Assembly (NCBI GenBank): GCA_965287045.1
Contig: OZ336872.1
Span: forward strand, 24,800,001 to 24,864,000
Direction of reading: 5' to 3'
Source of the DNA: Carcharhinus amblyrhynchos
Lineage: Eukaryota
DNA: 64,000 bases
The translations under genes were made by a program, and so were the position numbers. The notes below the pieces were generated by a model. That model searched no databases and had not been told where the DNA came from. It saw only the letters and a program-made list of their open reading frames with translations. Below, piece after piece: positions 35,740 to 48,245 of the stretch (position 1 is the stretch's first letter; every line of letters begins with the position of its first letter).

Positions 35740-37225
35740 ATCACCTATCATTCCGCAGGAAAAAGTGTTGGAATCTATTGTTAGGGATCTGGTCGCAGGA
35801 AATCATATTATGCTAACCGAAGTTAATACAGATTTATGATAAGGAAGGTGTGTTCGACAAATCTGTTACTGTCCTACGGCCGCAGCCAGTGGGATAGATA
35901 AGGGATCTGGTGTATTTAGATTTTCAAAAAGAAATGATACAACACAAGAGGTTGCTGTACAAACTTAGAGCTCATGGGATTGGGGTAACATATTAGTAAG
36001 GATTGATGATTGGTTGACAGACAGAAAACAGAGTAAACGGCTCATTTTCAGGCTGTAAGGCTAGAACTAGTGGGTTACACTGCTTAGGCCTTAACTATTT
36101 ATAAGCTACGGGAAGTCGGGGGTTGGGGCGTTGAATGTCATTTCGCTTAGTCAGCTGGGCGGCCTATTCCTATTATAAAGCGACACCAACAGCGCAGATT
36201 CAATTCTCCCCACCACTCCCTCTTCTCAACATTGCTCCTGCCCCAGATGTGGTGACCCTCGCGTTAAATCACCACCAGTCAGCTCTCGCCTTCAAAGGGG
36301 ATAGCCTATGGTCATCTGGAGCTATGAGGATATTTACAAGGCACTCCAATGACTTAGACAAATACATACACCAAGAGTATTCAGGTTTGTTGAAGATACA
36401 AAGTAGGAAATGAAGCTGTGAGGAGGACACAAAGCAGTTGTAAAAGGATGTAGACAAGTTAAGTATGTGAGTGGGTGAGGTGGTGGCAGATGTAATTATA
36501 GTGTGGGAAATGTGAAGGAATCCACTTTGGCAAGAAAACGGAAAAGCAGAATTGTTTTAACTGGTGAGAGATTGAGAAATGCTGGTATTCAGAGGGACCT
36601 GGGTTACTAGCAAGCAAATCACAGAACATTGCATGTACCACAAATGAAGGAAGCAAATGACATTTTCAAAGTAAGGTGTCTTCCTGCAAGTATATGGGAC
36701 CTTTGTGAGACCACGCCTTAAGTATTATGTACAGCCTCGGTGTGATTACGTTTGATGGATTGCAACAAAGAATCAGCAGATGATTCCTGGATTGGTGGGG
36801 GTCCTATAAGCAGAGATTGAGTAAATTAGGACTTTGTCAGCTACAGAGTAGAAGAATGAAATGTGATCTAATTGAAATATAACATTCTGAAGGGATTTAA
36901 CAGGATAAATATTGGGAGGGGATTTCCCCTAGCTGGGTAATTCAGAACCAGGGGTCATATAGTCACAGAGCAAGGAACCAGTCATTAGGACTGAGATGAG
37001 GACAACTTCTTCTTACGAATCTTTGGCATCCAGGAACTGTGGATGTTCAATTGTTGAATATAGCCAGGCCAGAAATTAATAGATATTTTGGATACAAAGG
37101 GGATTAAGGAAGACGGAAATAATGCAGAAAAATTGAGTTGAGATAGAAGTTAAGCTATAGCCATATTGACTGGGGGAACAAGTTCGAAGGGCCGACTGAT
37201 CTGCCCCGCTTCTATTTTTTACATT
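35740..37225 (+). mobile_element. Old degenerate CR1 LINE (RT to 3' tail)
   Basis: Collinear remnants of the 4890 element: gacaaatctg, gtgtatttagattttcaaaaag, gtgggaaatgtgaaggaatccactttggcaagaa, ccaggggtcat, tcgaagggccga. Many frameshifts. Confidence 0.85.
36105..36339 (+). mobile_element. ~235-bp SINE-like insertion inside the CR1
   Basis: Interrupts the CR1 between tatttataa (36096-36104) and tatttacaa (36331-36339), a TSD-like pair. Has a weak tRNA-like head (gcttagtcagctgg...gattcaattc). Confidence 0.55.
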
Positions 37226-40200
37226 ACTTGCGCCTTGTCTAGAACCAATATATTTGTTTTCTTCTATTTTTGTTAACCTTATTGAAGTTTTAGGATGCCA
37301 ATTCAATTTTGGATTATGTAAAGATATGACTACTTTATGAATCTATTTATGCACTGTATATTTGTGGATTACTGCCAATGCATACTTCGAACGAAAGCAA
37401 CACTAATTTAAACCATTAAACAATTTTCTCAGTGTCTCACAATCTCTCGGTTTTCCTTAATACTTAAAGTTTTAACCCAACAGTGTCTCGACTTTTTAAA
37501 TTCTTTGTCTAACCGCGTGAGAAATGAACATAATTACACAACCCATAATTTGTTACTCCTGAAATATAACTCCCCGTTTAGCTTAAACGCGGAAAGAACA
37601 TTTCGTGCATATCTGTTGTCAGGGATTCTCAATCCTAAAACTGACACATTCATTTCCTCCCAGGGACACTTATTCTTGCAGCTAGAATAGATCCCGGATA
37701 TTGATGTCCGTTATCAAAGCAGACTGAGTTAACGGATGGATTCTAAACTAAGTTGGCTCACATAACAGGATAAAAAGCGGACTCGAAAGTTCACTCCAAA
37801 GGCAATTCCGACCAATGGAACTAGATAACCTTTGGACCATCCTGCATTAAAATACAAAACGTTTTAAATAGCAACATCCAAATAAAACTAAAGATATCCG
37901 TTTGCACTACAGGAGCCCAGACTGATTCTGACAATTTCTATTAACCTAGTATTCGCGTGAATTACACATATTTCCCATCCCCAAACTGAAATCTGGGAAC
38001 TGGAAAGGAAATCATCACATTTCAACAATATCAAGTACTTCCTTAATTAGAAAATGTTTTAAATTAATAGTGATCACTGTTTTAGTGTTGGCAGAATTGT
38101 CTCTGGCCGCTTTAAGCTGAATTACTTAAGTAATTTAAACGATATGTTATAAAATGGAAAAGTATATTATTAAAATTAGGTTGAATATGTACACATGATG
38201 TATGGGTTATTGCAAAGTCACACAGAATTAGAGAGGCAATGAACTGGAATGGCGGCAATGAATTCATATCTCATATAGTTGAATGAATAACAAGCTGGAG
38301 AGGCCAATACTTATCAAAGTAAAACACACAACTGCGGCTGAAAATATGACATTCACATTGGCTGTGAAAGTCTGCAGGAGGTTTGGGCTTTGGCGGAGGT
38401 GGGGCGCCTGTGTGTGTGTTGAGGGGGGTGGGTTGTTGGGGAGGGGGGTTTGTTAGCGGACCAACATAATTATTTAATCTAGGTTCCTTGAAATATTTAA
38501 TTAGAGCAATGTCATTAGAAATAGTCACAGCATTTGAAAATAGCATTTTTTTCAATTTCATTTGAAACAAATTCATGCATTGCCAGTTTACACTCTTGCT
38601 GAGTCGGTCACCTCTTTCACCCACAACTCCGGCATTTTGGGGGCTGGTTGGTTTTATTTTATTTGATATCCGCACTGAACTTAATGAAGACACAATGCGG
38701 GTACGGAGATCGGGGAAAAAGAAACAGAACGTTAGGTGGGAATAGCCCTTCCCAGTAATGCTTGAAGCATTACGCCGTATTTGAAAGAAGGCTGAAAATG
38801 AGGAAGGCGCTAACTACCTCCCCCCCCCGCCTCCCCAAGTTATATCAAATGAAGCTTCCTTGTAGCAAGCCCAGGAAACCCTGGAGTCAAAAGGTGAAAA
38901 GGTGCGGTTTACAGGTGTGGAAAGGCAGGACTGTAGTCTGTGTGATTGACATTTGCAGAATAACAATGTCAGCACTGTGCTCCTGTGAAGGCTAAAATCT
39001 GATGGTTATCAGATGAGCTACTGGCCAATCCCACTGAAATCAAACACAGCTGGCCAATATTATGCCAGCATCCTAACACTTTGCAATAAAGCCGTGTCCA
39101 AAATAAGCATTTCTCTCGGTCTCTTTAAACATATATATATACTTTAGAACCTATGCAGCTTAAAATGTACTGAACCGCAGTTTCCTAACCTTTTAAACAA
39201 AAACTTGGATGTTCGGCGTAGCAACTAAAGAGAAACATGCCTATTTTAAAGACACGTCAGTCCCCGCGGTCGAACTATGAGAAATCCAATCTAAATCGTT
39301 ATTCAACATATCTCAGGCTTACAAAACAGCCCAGACAGTTGTTTAAAATAGTTAACATTATATAAACTAAATGTTGGCAGCAGTGTTTTCTCAGTATTGC
39401 TGCAATGTCCTATTATTTATATTAACCTAAATTCGCTGAGAAATATTAGGTATGTAAAGAAACCTTTTGTAGGTATGATTTTGTATGCAGAATTCGGCCC
39501 ACATGGATCCAGTTGATTCAATTATATATTTCCCCAAGTTTAAACAACAGAAAGAGAACCTCCCGGTAGAATCGAACGAACACGGAGCAAGAAGCAACAC
39601 ACATTATGAAGACAAACCCTGGGTCCACAACAGCACTGGAACACTAATGGAGAAGGGCAAAGAAATGGTGACACTCCAAGCAATATCGGTTGGTACGCAG
39701 CGAACACATGTTAGAATTAATGCACTGGGATGATTAGGTTAAATAGGCAATTAACCTTTCATTTCATTGGAGAATTTCTCCTAATTTGGCCTAATGGCTA
39801 AAATTATTACGACTATTTAGTAGAATGATTGTAATGGCATAACCCTCCTTCAAAAAAAACACTCAGAACACATCGTTAAGAAAATAACCACGGCTTCTCA
39901 GGGAGAGGCGCTTGTTTACTTCTGAAACTGTCGTTCCAGCTAATGTTTCTAGCCTTCCCCACTTCATATCACTTTCTCAGGTAAAGAAAGTATGCCGCAA
40001 AACACACTCCTATTGAATAATTTCAATTGCTGTACCTTAACATCAAGTTGACACACTGTTGTGTACCTTAACATCAAGTTAAGGTACACAACAGTATATC
40101 TCGATAATATAGACCGGAACTTTCTCGTCAAAGATTCAACCTTCTTGCTGGTTTGGTGAAGTGATATTTCAATAAGTCTCAACGGTGGAATTTTCTTTCT

Positions 40201-41439
40201 CCTATTACGGTTGTGATACAGAAAATACTAAGGAGCACGGGATCCCCTTTAGTCTTTGCAAAGCCTGGGCCGAAATTGTTGCTTTAAAATTCGAGGCGGT
40301 CCAGTACTATAACATTGGAAGCAATGTAATGTACTTGTAAGCAAGATTTTTAAAAAATGTGAGCTCCCATACAAGCACTCAGAGAAGCTACGGGTCTCGA
40401 ATTTAAACTCACTTCAGTGAAATGTACATGATAGTAAGGTATATGACAATCAAGCGCCCACAAGCTTGAATTGATTTGATATTCCTTGATACTGTCAAGA
40501 TGCAGTCCCTTCACAACTCATTCGGGTCGACCTGCTGATGTGTGTCATTTGAAAACATTAAGTTCTGTAGAATTCAACTGTCTGTCGCGTAAGTTGGTCG
40601 TGGAGAATTTAAATAAAACTGTAAATAATATAATATTGCCGACATTGCAATAATCCAGGGTATTTCATTGAGACCTTAGTCGCCTCGAGAAGGGAAAAAC
40701 ATTTAAAATAAATAAAGTTGATTTTCCTTCTTTCGGAATAAACGCAACATATTTTCAAAGAGAGCACAACAATACATTAATATGCGAATTGCATTTTTAT
40801 TATTTAAATATTACACCATTTAAACCGGAATTCTCCACGTCTTGTGAGATGAATGCATAATGAATCATTATATCCTAGATATTAATTATTTTGAGTTTGA
40901 TTGCGAATGTTCAAGTTTGTAACCGGAAATCTGTAAACATCTGGTTAACCAGAAATAAAACGCGTGATATCTTGTAATAAGGTCTCGCATAGGCACCGGT
41001 TTTCATGTTACATCTGACAGACATTTTGAGTCACCGTTTAGAGATGTGATACCGCAGTTTTATTTTTAAATTGTCATATGCCATCATTTTATGACATTTT
41101 GTCAAGCAGCTCTCAATCTGAGGAGTGCTAAAAACCACGAACATTGTGATAAACAAAGACTGGCTTGTACCCAGTTACCCAGCCAGTTGTAATCTCGCCA
41201 TTCACATATTTCACGGGTGATTGGATAAATACTCGCATGCAATACTGTTTCTTAGAAATGATTGCTGCTACTATGTATCTTTAACGAATTGCCCTTCCAG
41301 CCCCAGACTATTGCTTGCTTTGGGTAGACACGGCCAAACTGATGATACCGCTTGATTTTTCAAAGCGCAAAAGATAGAGGAATGAAAGGGAGCAGGACGC
41401 AATGGTCAAGGTTGGAGTGCAGTTCCGATGGCAATTCAA

Positions 41440-41782
41440 AAAAAATCACTCGTGGGATATGAACATCACTGGCTGCCCAGCATTTATTGCCCACCCCCAG
41501 TTGCCCCAGGGCAATTGAGTGTCAACCACATTGCTGTGGCTCTAGAGCCACATGCAGGCCAGACCAGTTAAGGACGGCAGATTTCCTTCCTTAAAGGACA
41601 TTAGTGAACCAGATGGATTTATCTGACAATCGACAATAGTTTCATGGTTATCAGTAGATTCTTATTTCCAGATATATTTTATTTCGAATTCAATAGTCTG
41701 CCCTGGCAGGATTGGAACCTGGGTTCCCGGACATTAGCTGAGTTTCTGGATTAATAGTCTAGCGATGATACCACTAGGCCAA
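41440..41782 (-). mobile_element. Second tRNA-headed SINE family
   Basis: ccagcatttattgccca...gtcaaccacattgctgtgg...aaggacggcagatttccttcc...ttggaacctgggttcc. Confidence 0.8.
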
Positions 41783-42029
41783 CGCCTCTCCATACAAGCC
41801 TGTTTTACAGTCAGCACCGTGGCTGGGGTTTTGCCTGGACATGGTTAGGTGCATCGAGCACTTTTTACGCTTTACATCCCCTAATAGGACCCACACAATA
41901 AGCAGCACAAGAGCCGATACATCCTGTACAATGCAATCTGACAGAATTCTGATATGCCTCAACCTGCGACCAAATAACGCACCCATCACTTGTTCTACTT
42001 GACTAAAATATATTATTAATGTAAAGTAC

Positions 42030-42545
42030 AGATCCGCAGGTGCTGTCTGGCCTGCTGAATATTTCCAGCATTTTCGGTGTTGGTTTTAGATTTCCAGCAT
42101 CCACAGAATTTGCTTCGATAATAAGTTGCACCCTATCCTAATTTTCCTCCTAAAATGGGAATGTCCAACTCTACTTAGTGATGTCAAAAACAGAAAATAC
42201 TGGAAAAGCTCAGCCTCTTTGACAGCATCTGTAGAGAGAATAGAGCCAACCTTTTAAAAGGGATTAAAGAGTTCATCAAGGAAAGTATCAGAATTTCCAT
42301 GCATAATGTGAAGTTCTGTGTGTGTGTGTTGTGTCTTCGGTGCAGTAAATGGAAGAGTTTAATTTGCTACTGGGAACACTAAGTGCAAAAGCAAATAACT
42401 GCGGATGCTGACATCTGAAACAAAAACAGAAAATGCTGGAAAATCTGTCTGACAGCATCCGTGGAGAGAGCTCTGCTGAGATTTTGCAACATTTTCTATT
42501 TTTATTTCAGATTCCAAGCATCCGCAGCAATTCGCTTTTGTACTT
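42030..42545. mobile_element. Cluster of four Penelope-like (ACGU family) terminal fragments in alternating orientation
   Basis: Fragments at ~42036-42116 (+), ~42186-42250 (-), ~42386-42470 (-) and ~42473-42540 (+) share ctgctgagattttccagcattttctgtttt...ccagcatccgcag. Confidence 0.7.
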
Positions 42546-45064
42546 AGCGGGTGCCTTGCGTTACAAGTATCAAATAAAACTCTTCCATTTACTGCACCGA
42601 AGACAAAACGCGCATAGAACCTCACACCCTCACGCGTGGAAATTCTGATACTTTCCTACATGGATTCTTGTATCTAAATCGCCATTTCAAACCCATTTCT
42701 CAAGGGCAGTTGAAATCGTGAAGCCCATTCCGAAAGTGCTCTGGGTTGAACTTAAAATGCAGCCTTGCTGTATGTAGTTGGCACGCCTGTTAGATTTCTA
42801 GAGTCAGTTTGTACACTTCTCTTTGAATGTTATTTACAGTTTAATTCCTTACTTTGGTTTTCCGCAGCATTTATCAGACAAAATGCAGCTTTTTTAAAAC
42901 TCATGACGTGAAATCGATAGGCCACCCGGAGGTAGAGCTTTATTCTGCTGACGGACGAGGAACACTGGTCGCACTCGCTCCAGTCGCTTACACTTGGGTC
43001 TCCTCGCAGTTACTGCGCCTGACAAAGACTGGGAGAAACTTGCCACTCTTCCCCTGCCCAAATTCAGTAGTTTCCAAAGACCTTCAAACTGTTGGGAGAG
43101 TAAATCTCAAATGGGACCCTAGAATTCAGTAAGTGTTAGTGGGCAGGATTCCAGATTTACCGTTGCCCGACAGCCTGTATTGTATATTTCAAATTGATTA
43201 AAAATTATTTTTGACCGAAATATTCTTCAATATTATCATCACCAACATCCTGCATCCTTCAAAATGCATCCATTCGACCCCCCCCCCCCCCGTCTGCCTT
43301 ACTAAACCCCCATAAGTGGCAAATGCCACTACCAAAGGCGACATTGAATTCTTGTTGTTCTTTATGGAAAGCCGAATCCCATGTGAAAATATTTAGGTAC
43401 TTGATTTAACAATTCACTCAAGCAGTCGCTTCCCAAAAATTAGAAGTACAGATATGCCCATCTCTTTTAGAATAATATACTTAGTCCAGAACTCCCACAT
43501 CATCTTGAAATGCTGGGAAAAATTAATGGTTGTGTTGCATTGGAACTAATTTTTCCCATCGGAAATGTGGATAGGAAATGCAACATATGCGTACGTGTAC
43601 AAATGATATAATTATGCATTTTCCCGGGAGTACACATTATTATCTTAGACACCTGCAGTTAGGTTGGTATTGCGCTGTCAAGGCTATGTGATCTGAAATG
43701 AATTCGGCTGCGTACTGACAGTCAGGTCACAAAACCGAGTCCACAGAAGCAGAGACCTCCAGTACTCCAGTGGCAGGATACCGAGGGTCGGCAAGGAGCC
43801 GTTTAACGCCAGCCTGGAGTTTTAAAATGCTCATGGTCCCAAAAGTACTCCTGGGACGTGTTCACGAACTTACATTTGATTCTCTCTGCTGTTAAAGACA
43901 ATCAGAAACATTCAAGTGAAAATAGCGTTGAGGTTGATATTTCACATTAATATTAAAAATCAGAATGCCCGGCGGTTTCCTTTGGCTTGAGCGCGGTGCA
44001 GCCGAGAGTAGAAGCTAAATCCATTTACTGGATCTTATATTCAGTGGAATGTATGATATAGTTTATAATCGGCGCTAAAGGCTCCAGTATCATCTCAAAA
44101 CCTCAACTGCAAACCTTCAATTACGGCAATGTGAAGACTCGCTAGTAGTCTGCAACAGAGAAATAGCATTGGATTTAACTAACATGCACAATCACTTCTG
44201 ACTTAAAAAGCGTTTGAATAAAATTTGTAAGACTAAATTTATGAAGAAACTGTACTGAACAATTTTTTGCACCTTTAAAAACAAGAGGTTAACCCAAGAT
44301 CAACCTAGTCCATATAATGGACACTGAGCTATCATCGAGATTCTATATTTAATTCTAGCAACGATTCTAGTTCAAGTTTGTTCTACTTGTGATTCAAATC
44401 ATTCTTCGGGAGCCTGCAGCAGGCTGCTAATTACAACAGTGAAAGTGGACGCCGTCACTCATTGAGTAGGAAAGAGGCAAACCAATCTTTCTCTTAAAAT
44501 GGAAAATCTCAGAAATAACACCTCATTTGAACTACTTTTGGAAAACAAATCTACAGTCACCGGGCTACACAATTAGAAGTCAAATAAATCCCAACAGAAA
44601 GAGTTTGCAAGGAAAAAAAGACAATAAAAAAATGAAAAAAAATCCCAAATGGCAACACAACATTCTAATTTCTGCCTAAATAATCTGTAGTCAGCATTGC
44701 TGCATTCATTTACATCAGGAACATTACTTTTAGAGCATCTCCAATACAAGATGCTCAAAACTCACACCTTATATTTTTAATGTCTGAATCTGAATCCAAG
44801 TCATCCAACTGGAAAAATATAGAGAATAAATCCAGATATATGGCCTTGTAATATCTAAAATGTTGGCTATGAATCGCATAAATTACTGATGTACTTAATG
44901 GTACATATTTAACAGATTTATTTTTGGGAGGGAAGGCATTTGCAAATTTCCAAGAAACGGTAAAGTTGTGCTTTTAATCATTTTTTTTGATGTGTTGCCA
45001 TGAAGAGTCCGTTGTAAAAATAAAATTTAAGCAGATACCGACACCTATCAAATCATTAATTTTA

Positions 45065-45470
45065 AATAAAAACAGAAGTGCTGGAAATACTCAACAGATC
45101 TGGCACCATCTACGCAGAGAGAAACTGAATGAACATTTCAAGTCAAATAGGACTCTTCTCTGGAACTGAAGGGAGGAGAAAAGTGATGGGATTGATGCTG
45201 TTGAAAAAGTGGGGGGGGGGGGGGGGGGGGAGGTGGTGCGGGGGGGCGGTGTGGTCAAGGGAGGAGGTGGAACCAAATGAAAGGTCAGGGATAGGCTAGA
45301 GCATAGGTGAGATAATATGCCAAACATGTCATGGAACAAAAGCCAAATGAAGTGGTAAGTTTAACACAATAGAAACAAAGCATTTGTTCAGAGTAGGTGT
45401 GAATAGCAGAATAAAGGTCAACTCTGTCTGAAAGCAAGACAATGAAAACAAGCTGCAAACTGGCACTGGT
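45065..45470 (-). mobile_element. Penelope-like (ACGU family) fragment with internal G-run
   Basis: aaaacagaagtgctggaaatactcaacagatctggcaccatct is homologous to the 14400 and 42190 copies. The right boundary is uncertain. Confidence 0.55.
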
Positions 45471-45924
45471 TGGCATGGCAGATGGGAATATTAATTTTAA
45501 CATTGCTTTGCTTGCTTACATCTTTCCATTAGTTTTGTTGTCAGCTTGGTTCAATTGATAGCAGCTTCATCTCAGAAGCAGAAAGTCAAAGATTCATGCC
45601 ACATTCTGAAACTTGAACATATGACCTAGCCTGACACAGAGTCTCAGTGTTGCACTGAAACATATTATGTGATGGTGATATATTAAATGGAGGTCTCCTC
45701 TGGTTGTTCCAGTGATTCAGACCCATACAGCAAATAACTTACAATATGACTGACAACAACAATTAGTTCATTTTGTGTTTGGACAATAATTTCTCCTTCC
45801 GCTAACCCCATCAGCAATTGGTTATCCCAAACAACAGTGAAATAAATAATCATTGAACTAACATGGCATTGGTTTCAATGGAATGGAAATTAGGCAATTT
45901 GGTATAAGTGAGACAAATGAGGAT

Positions 45925-46312
45925 GGAGCTCATCAAGACTTATAAAATTCTAACAGGACTAGACAGTGTAGATGCAGGGATGATATTCCATATGGTGGCG
46001 GAGTCCAGAACCAGGGGTCACAGTCTGAGGATTCGGGGTGGGCCATTTAGGACGGAGCTGAGAAGACATTTCACCCAATGAGTGGTGAAGCAGTGGAATC
46101 CATTACCACAGGAAATAGTTGATGCCAAAACATTGAATGTATTCAAGAGGTGGCTGGATATAACGCTTGGGGAAAATGGGGTCAAAAGTTATGGGAAAAA
46201 TGCAGGATTAGGTTATTGAGTTGGATGATCAGCCATGATCATAATGAATGGCAGAGCAGACTCAAAGGGAAAAATGGCCTCTTCCTGCCTCTATCTTCTA
46301 GTTTCTATGTTT
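45925..46312 (+). mobile_element. CR1 LINE 3' fragment
   Basis: gagtccagaaccaggggtcacagtct...gatcagccatgatcataatgaatggcagagcagactc...tttctatgtttc. Confidence 0.88.
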
Positions 46313-46775
46313 CAAAGTTTCTAAGTATCAGGCAGGCCACTCATTCTGCCAGATTACTACCCATGTAAAGAAGACAATCATTCTTTTCATTGTCAAATTT
46401 GCACATATGACAATGGTAACTCCACTTCAAAGAAAATCATTATTATGTATATAGTGATTTGGGAGATTTTTGAATGATGTGACTAGGAGCCATGAAAATG
46501 AACGTTCTTCCTTTCCAGTAGTTTCTTTTTGAAACATTGACACCATCAGGGGTTCTACCTAACATGAATTACTGAGATGGATCAAACTGACGCCAGGGCA
46601 AATAGAGACATCAACTTAGATTACATTTACTCCCTCACTTCAACATATTATTGAATTAAAGTAGCATAAAGTTGAAGGCAAAATATTAATTGAATAGCAA
46701 GATAGAGGGTACAGGTAAGAGAAGAGGCCGAGGATGTCCCAATAATAGAGGGAGTAGGGGGCATGAGTATGGTTG

Positions 46776-46851
46776 TGAATGGCGGGGCAGGCTCGAAGGG
46801 CTAGATGGCCTACTCCTGCTCCTATTTCTTATGTTCTTATGTTCTTATGTT
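46776..46851 (+). mobile_element. Extreme 3' end of the young CR1 family
   Basis: 68 nt identical to 6532-6599, ending in the (TTCTTATG)n tail. Confidence 0.92.
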
Positions 46852-47879
46852 AATGACAATTACTGAGAGTTTAATTTTTGAGTCCTCATGGTGTCACTCA
46901 CACTTTAAGTAAATAATCTTTTGTTGTGTTAATTAATCATTAGGAGAGTACTGAACTATTTTGGTCTTGATCTTAAATATATTTCAGTTTCTGAAATGCC
47001 ATAAACTTTAAAATTGAAACTGAGAACTATAATGTACTGGATTTTTGAATTCACTTCAATCAGAGTAGGTGAAGTGTGCCTTACATGAGCTCTTTCAGGA
47101 AAGAAAAGTGTCTTTTGCTCCATTACAATATACCCACTGATCATTTTCTAAGCAGCCAATGCTGAGCCATAGTACATTATGCTTTTTTTAAAACCACAAA
47201 CACATAGATAAGACCATGCATCAGGGTACAGAAGAGATTTAGTTCATCAGCTTTTACAAAGCCATACTGACTCCCAGGGTGCACATTATGCTGCATTAAA
47301 TTAAATGCATGCATATACAGCATCAATAAAATCTTTGGTCGTCTGTCTCAAAAAAATGAAGCAGCTTTTGATTAGAGCATTTCATTGTGATGGAAATCTT
47401 GGGCAATATTTTAACTCATTCAGAGCCTATCTACTTGCATAGAGTTTAACCAGGTGTTATCCTCAAAGGTCTCAGACTCTTCCATTGATTTCTATTGATA
47501 ATTTCAACTGGTCATTTTTTAAAAATCAAATCACTGAAGTTTTATATATCGTATATGAAATTCGTCCATGATAGCAATGATTGTTACCATAAATGTATAA
47601 TAGTTAACACTCAGGTTTGTCCCATTTCCTCCTATTGGATAGAAATTGAGCCACATAACTTACAACATTGCAGCTTCATCACAGATTCAAACTCTGAGAA
47701 CATTGTGCAGCAATGTTAATTAGAACATAAATTTAGGTAGGTAACTAACATTTAATTTTGTTAAATGTAAGCGCTGAAGTTATTTGTTAACCATTCCTCC
47801 AAAGTAGGTATTTTATTTTAATTCAGTATTCCATTTAATTATTGGTGCAAACTAGGTAGTTATCAGAATGCAAGGCAGC

Positions 47880-48245
47880 CTTGTTGATTCTCAGGGAGCT
47901 TAACAAGGTAGATGCTGAGAGATTGTTTCCCCTTGTGGGACAGTCTAGAAACAGAGGGAATAATCTCAGATTGGCCATTTAAGACAGAGATGAGGAGGAA
48001 TTTCATCTCAAAGGGTAGTGAATCTGTGGAATCCTTTACTGCAGAGGGCTGCAGAGACTGGGTCATTAAGCACATTCAGGGTTAAGATATAAGGGATATA
48101 TAAGGGAATATAAGGAAAGCAAGGGTTATGGGGATAAGGTGGGAAAGTGGAGTTGAGGATTATATCAGATCAATCATGGTCTCATTGGATAGAGGCTAAA
48201 TGGACTGAATGGCATACTTTTGCTCCAGTCATGTGATATGGTCTT
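47880..48245 (+). mobile_element. CR1 LINE 3' fragment
   Basis: gtagatgctgagagattgtttccc...gagatgaggaggaatttc...gggttatggggataaggtgggaaagtggagttgagg. Confidence 0.85.
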
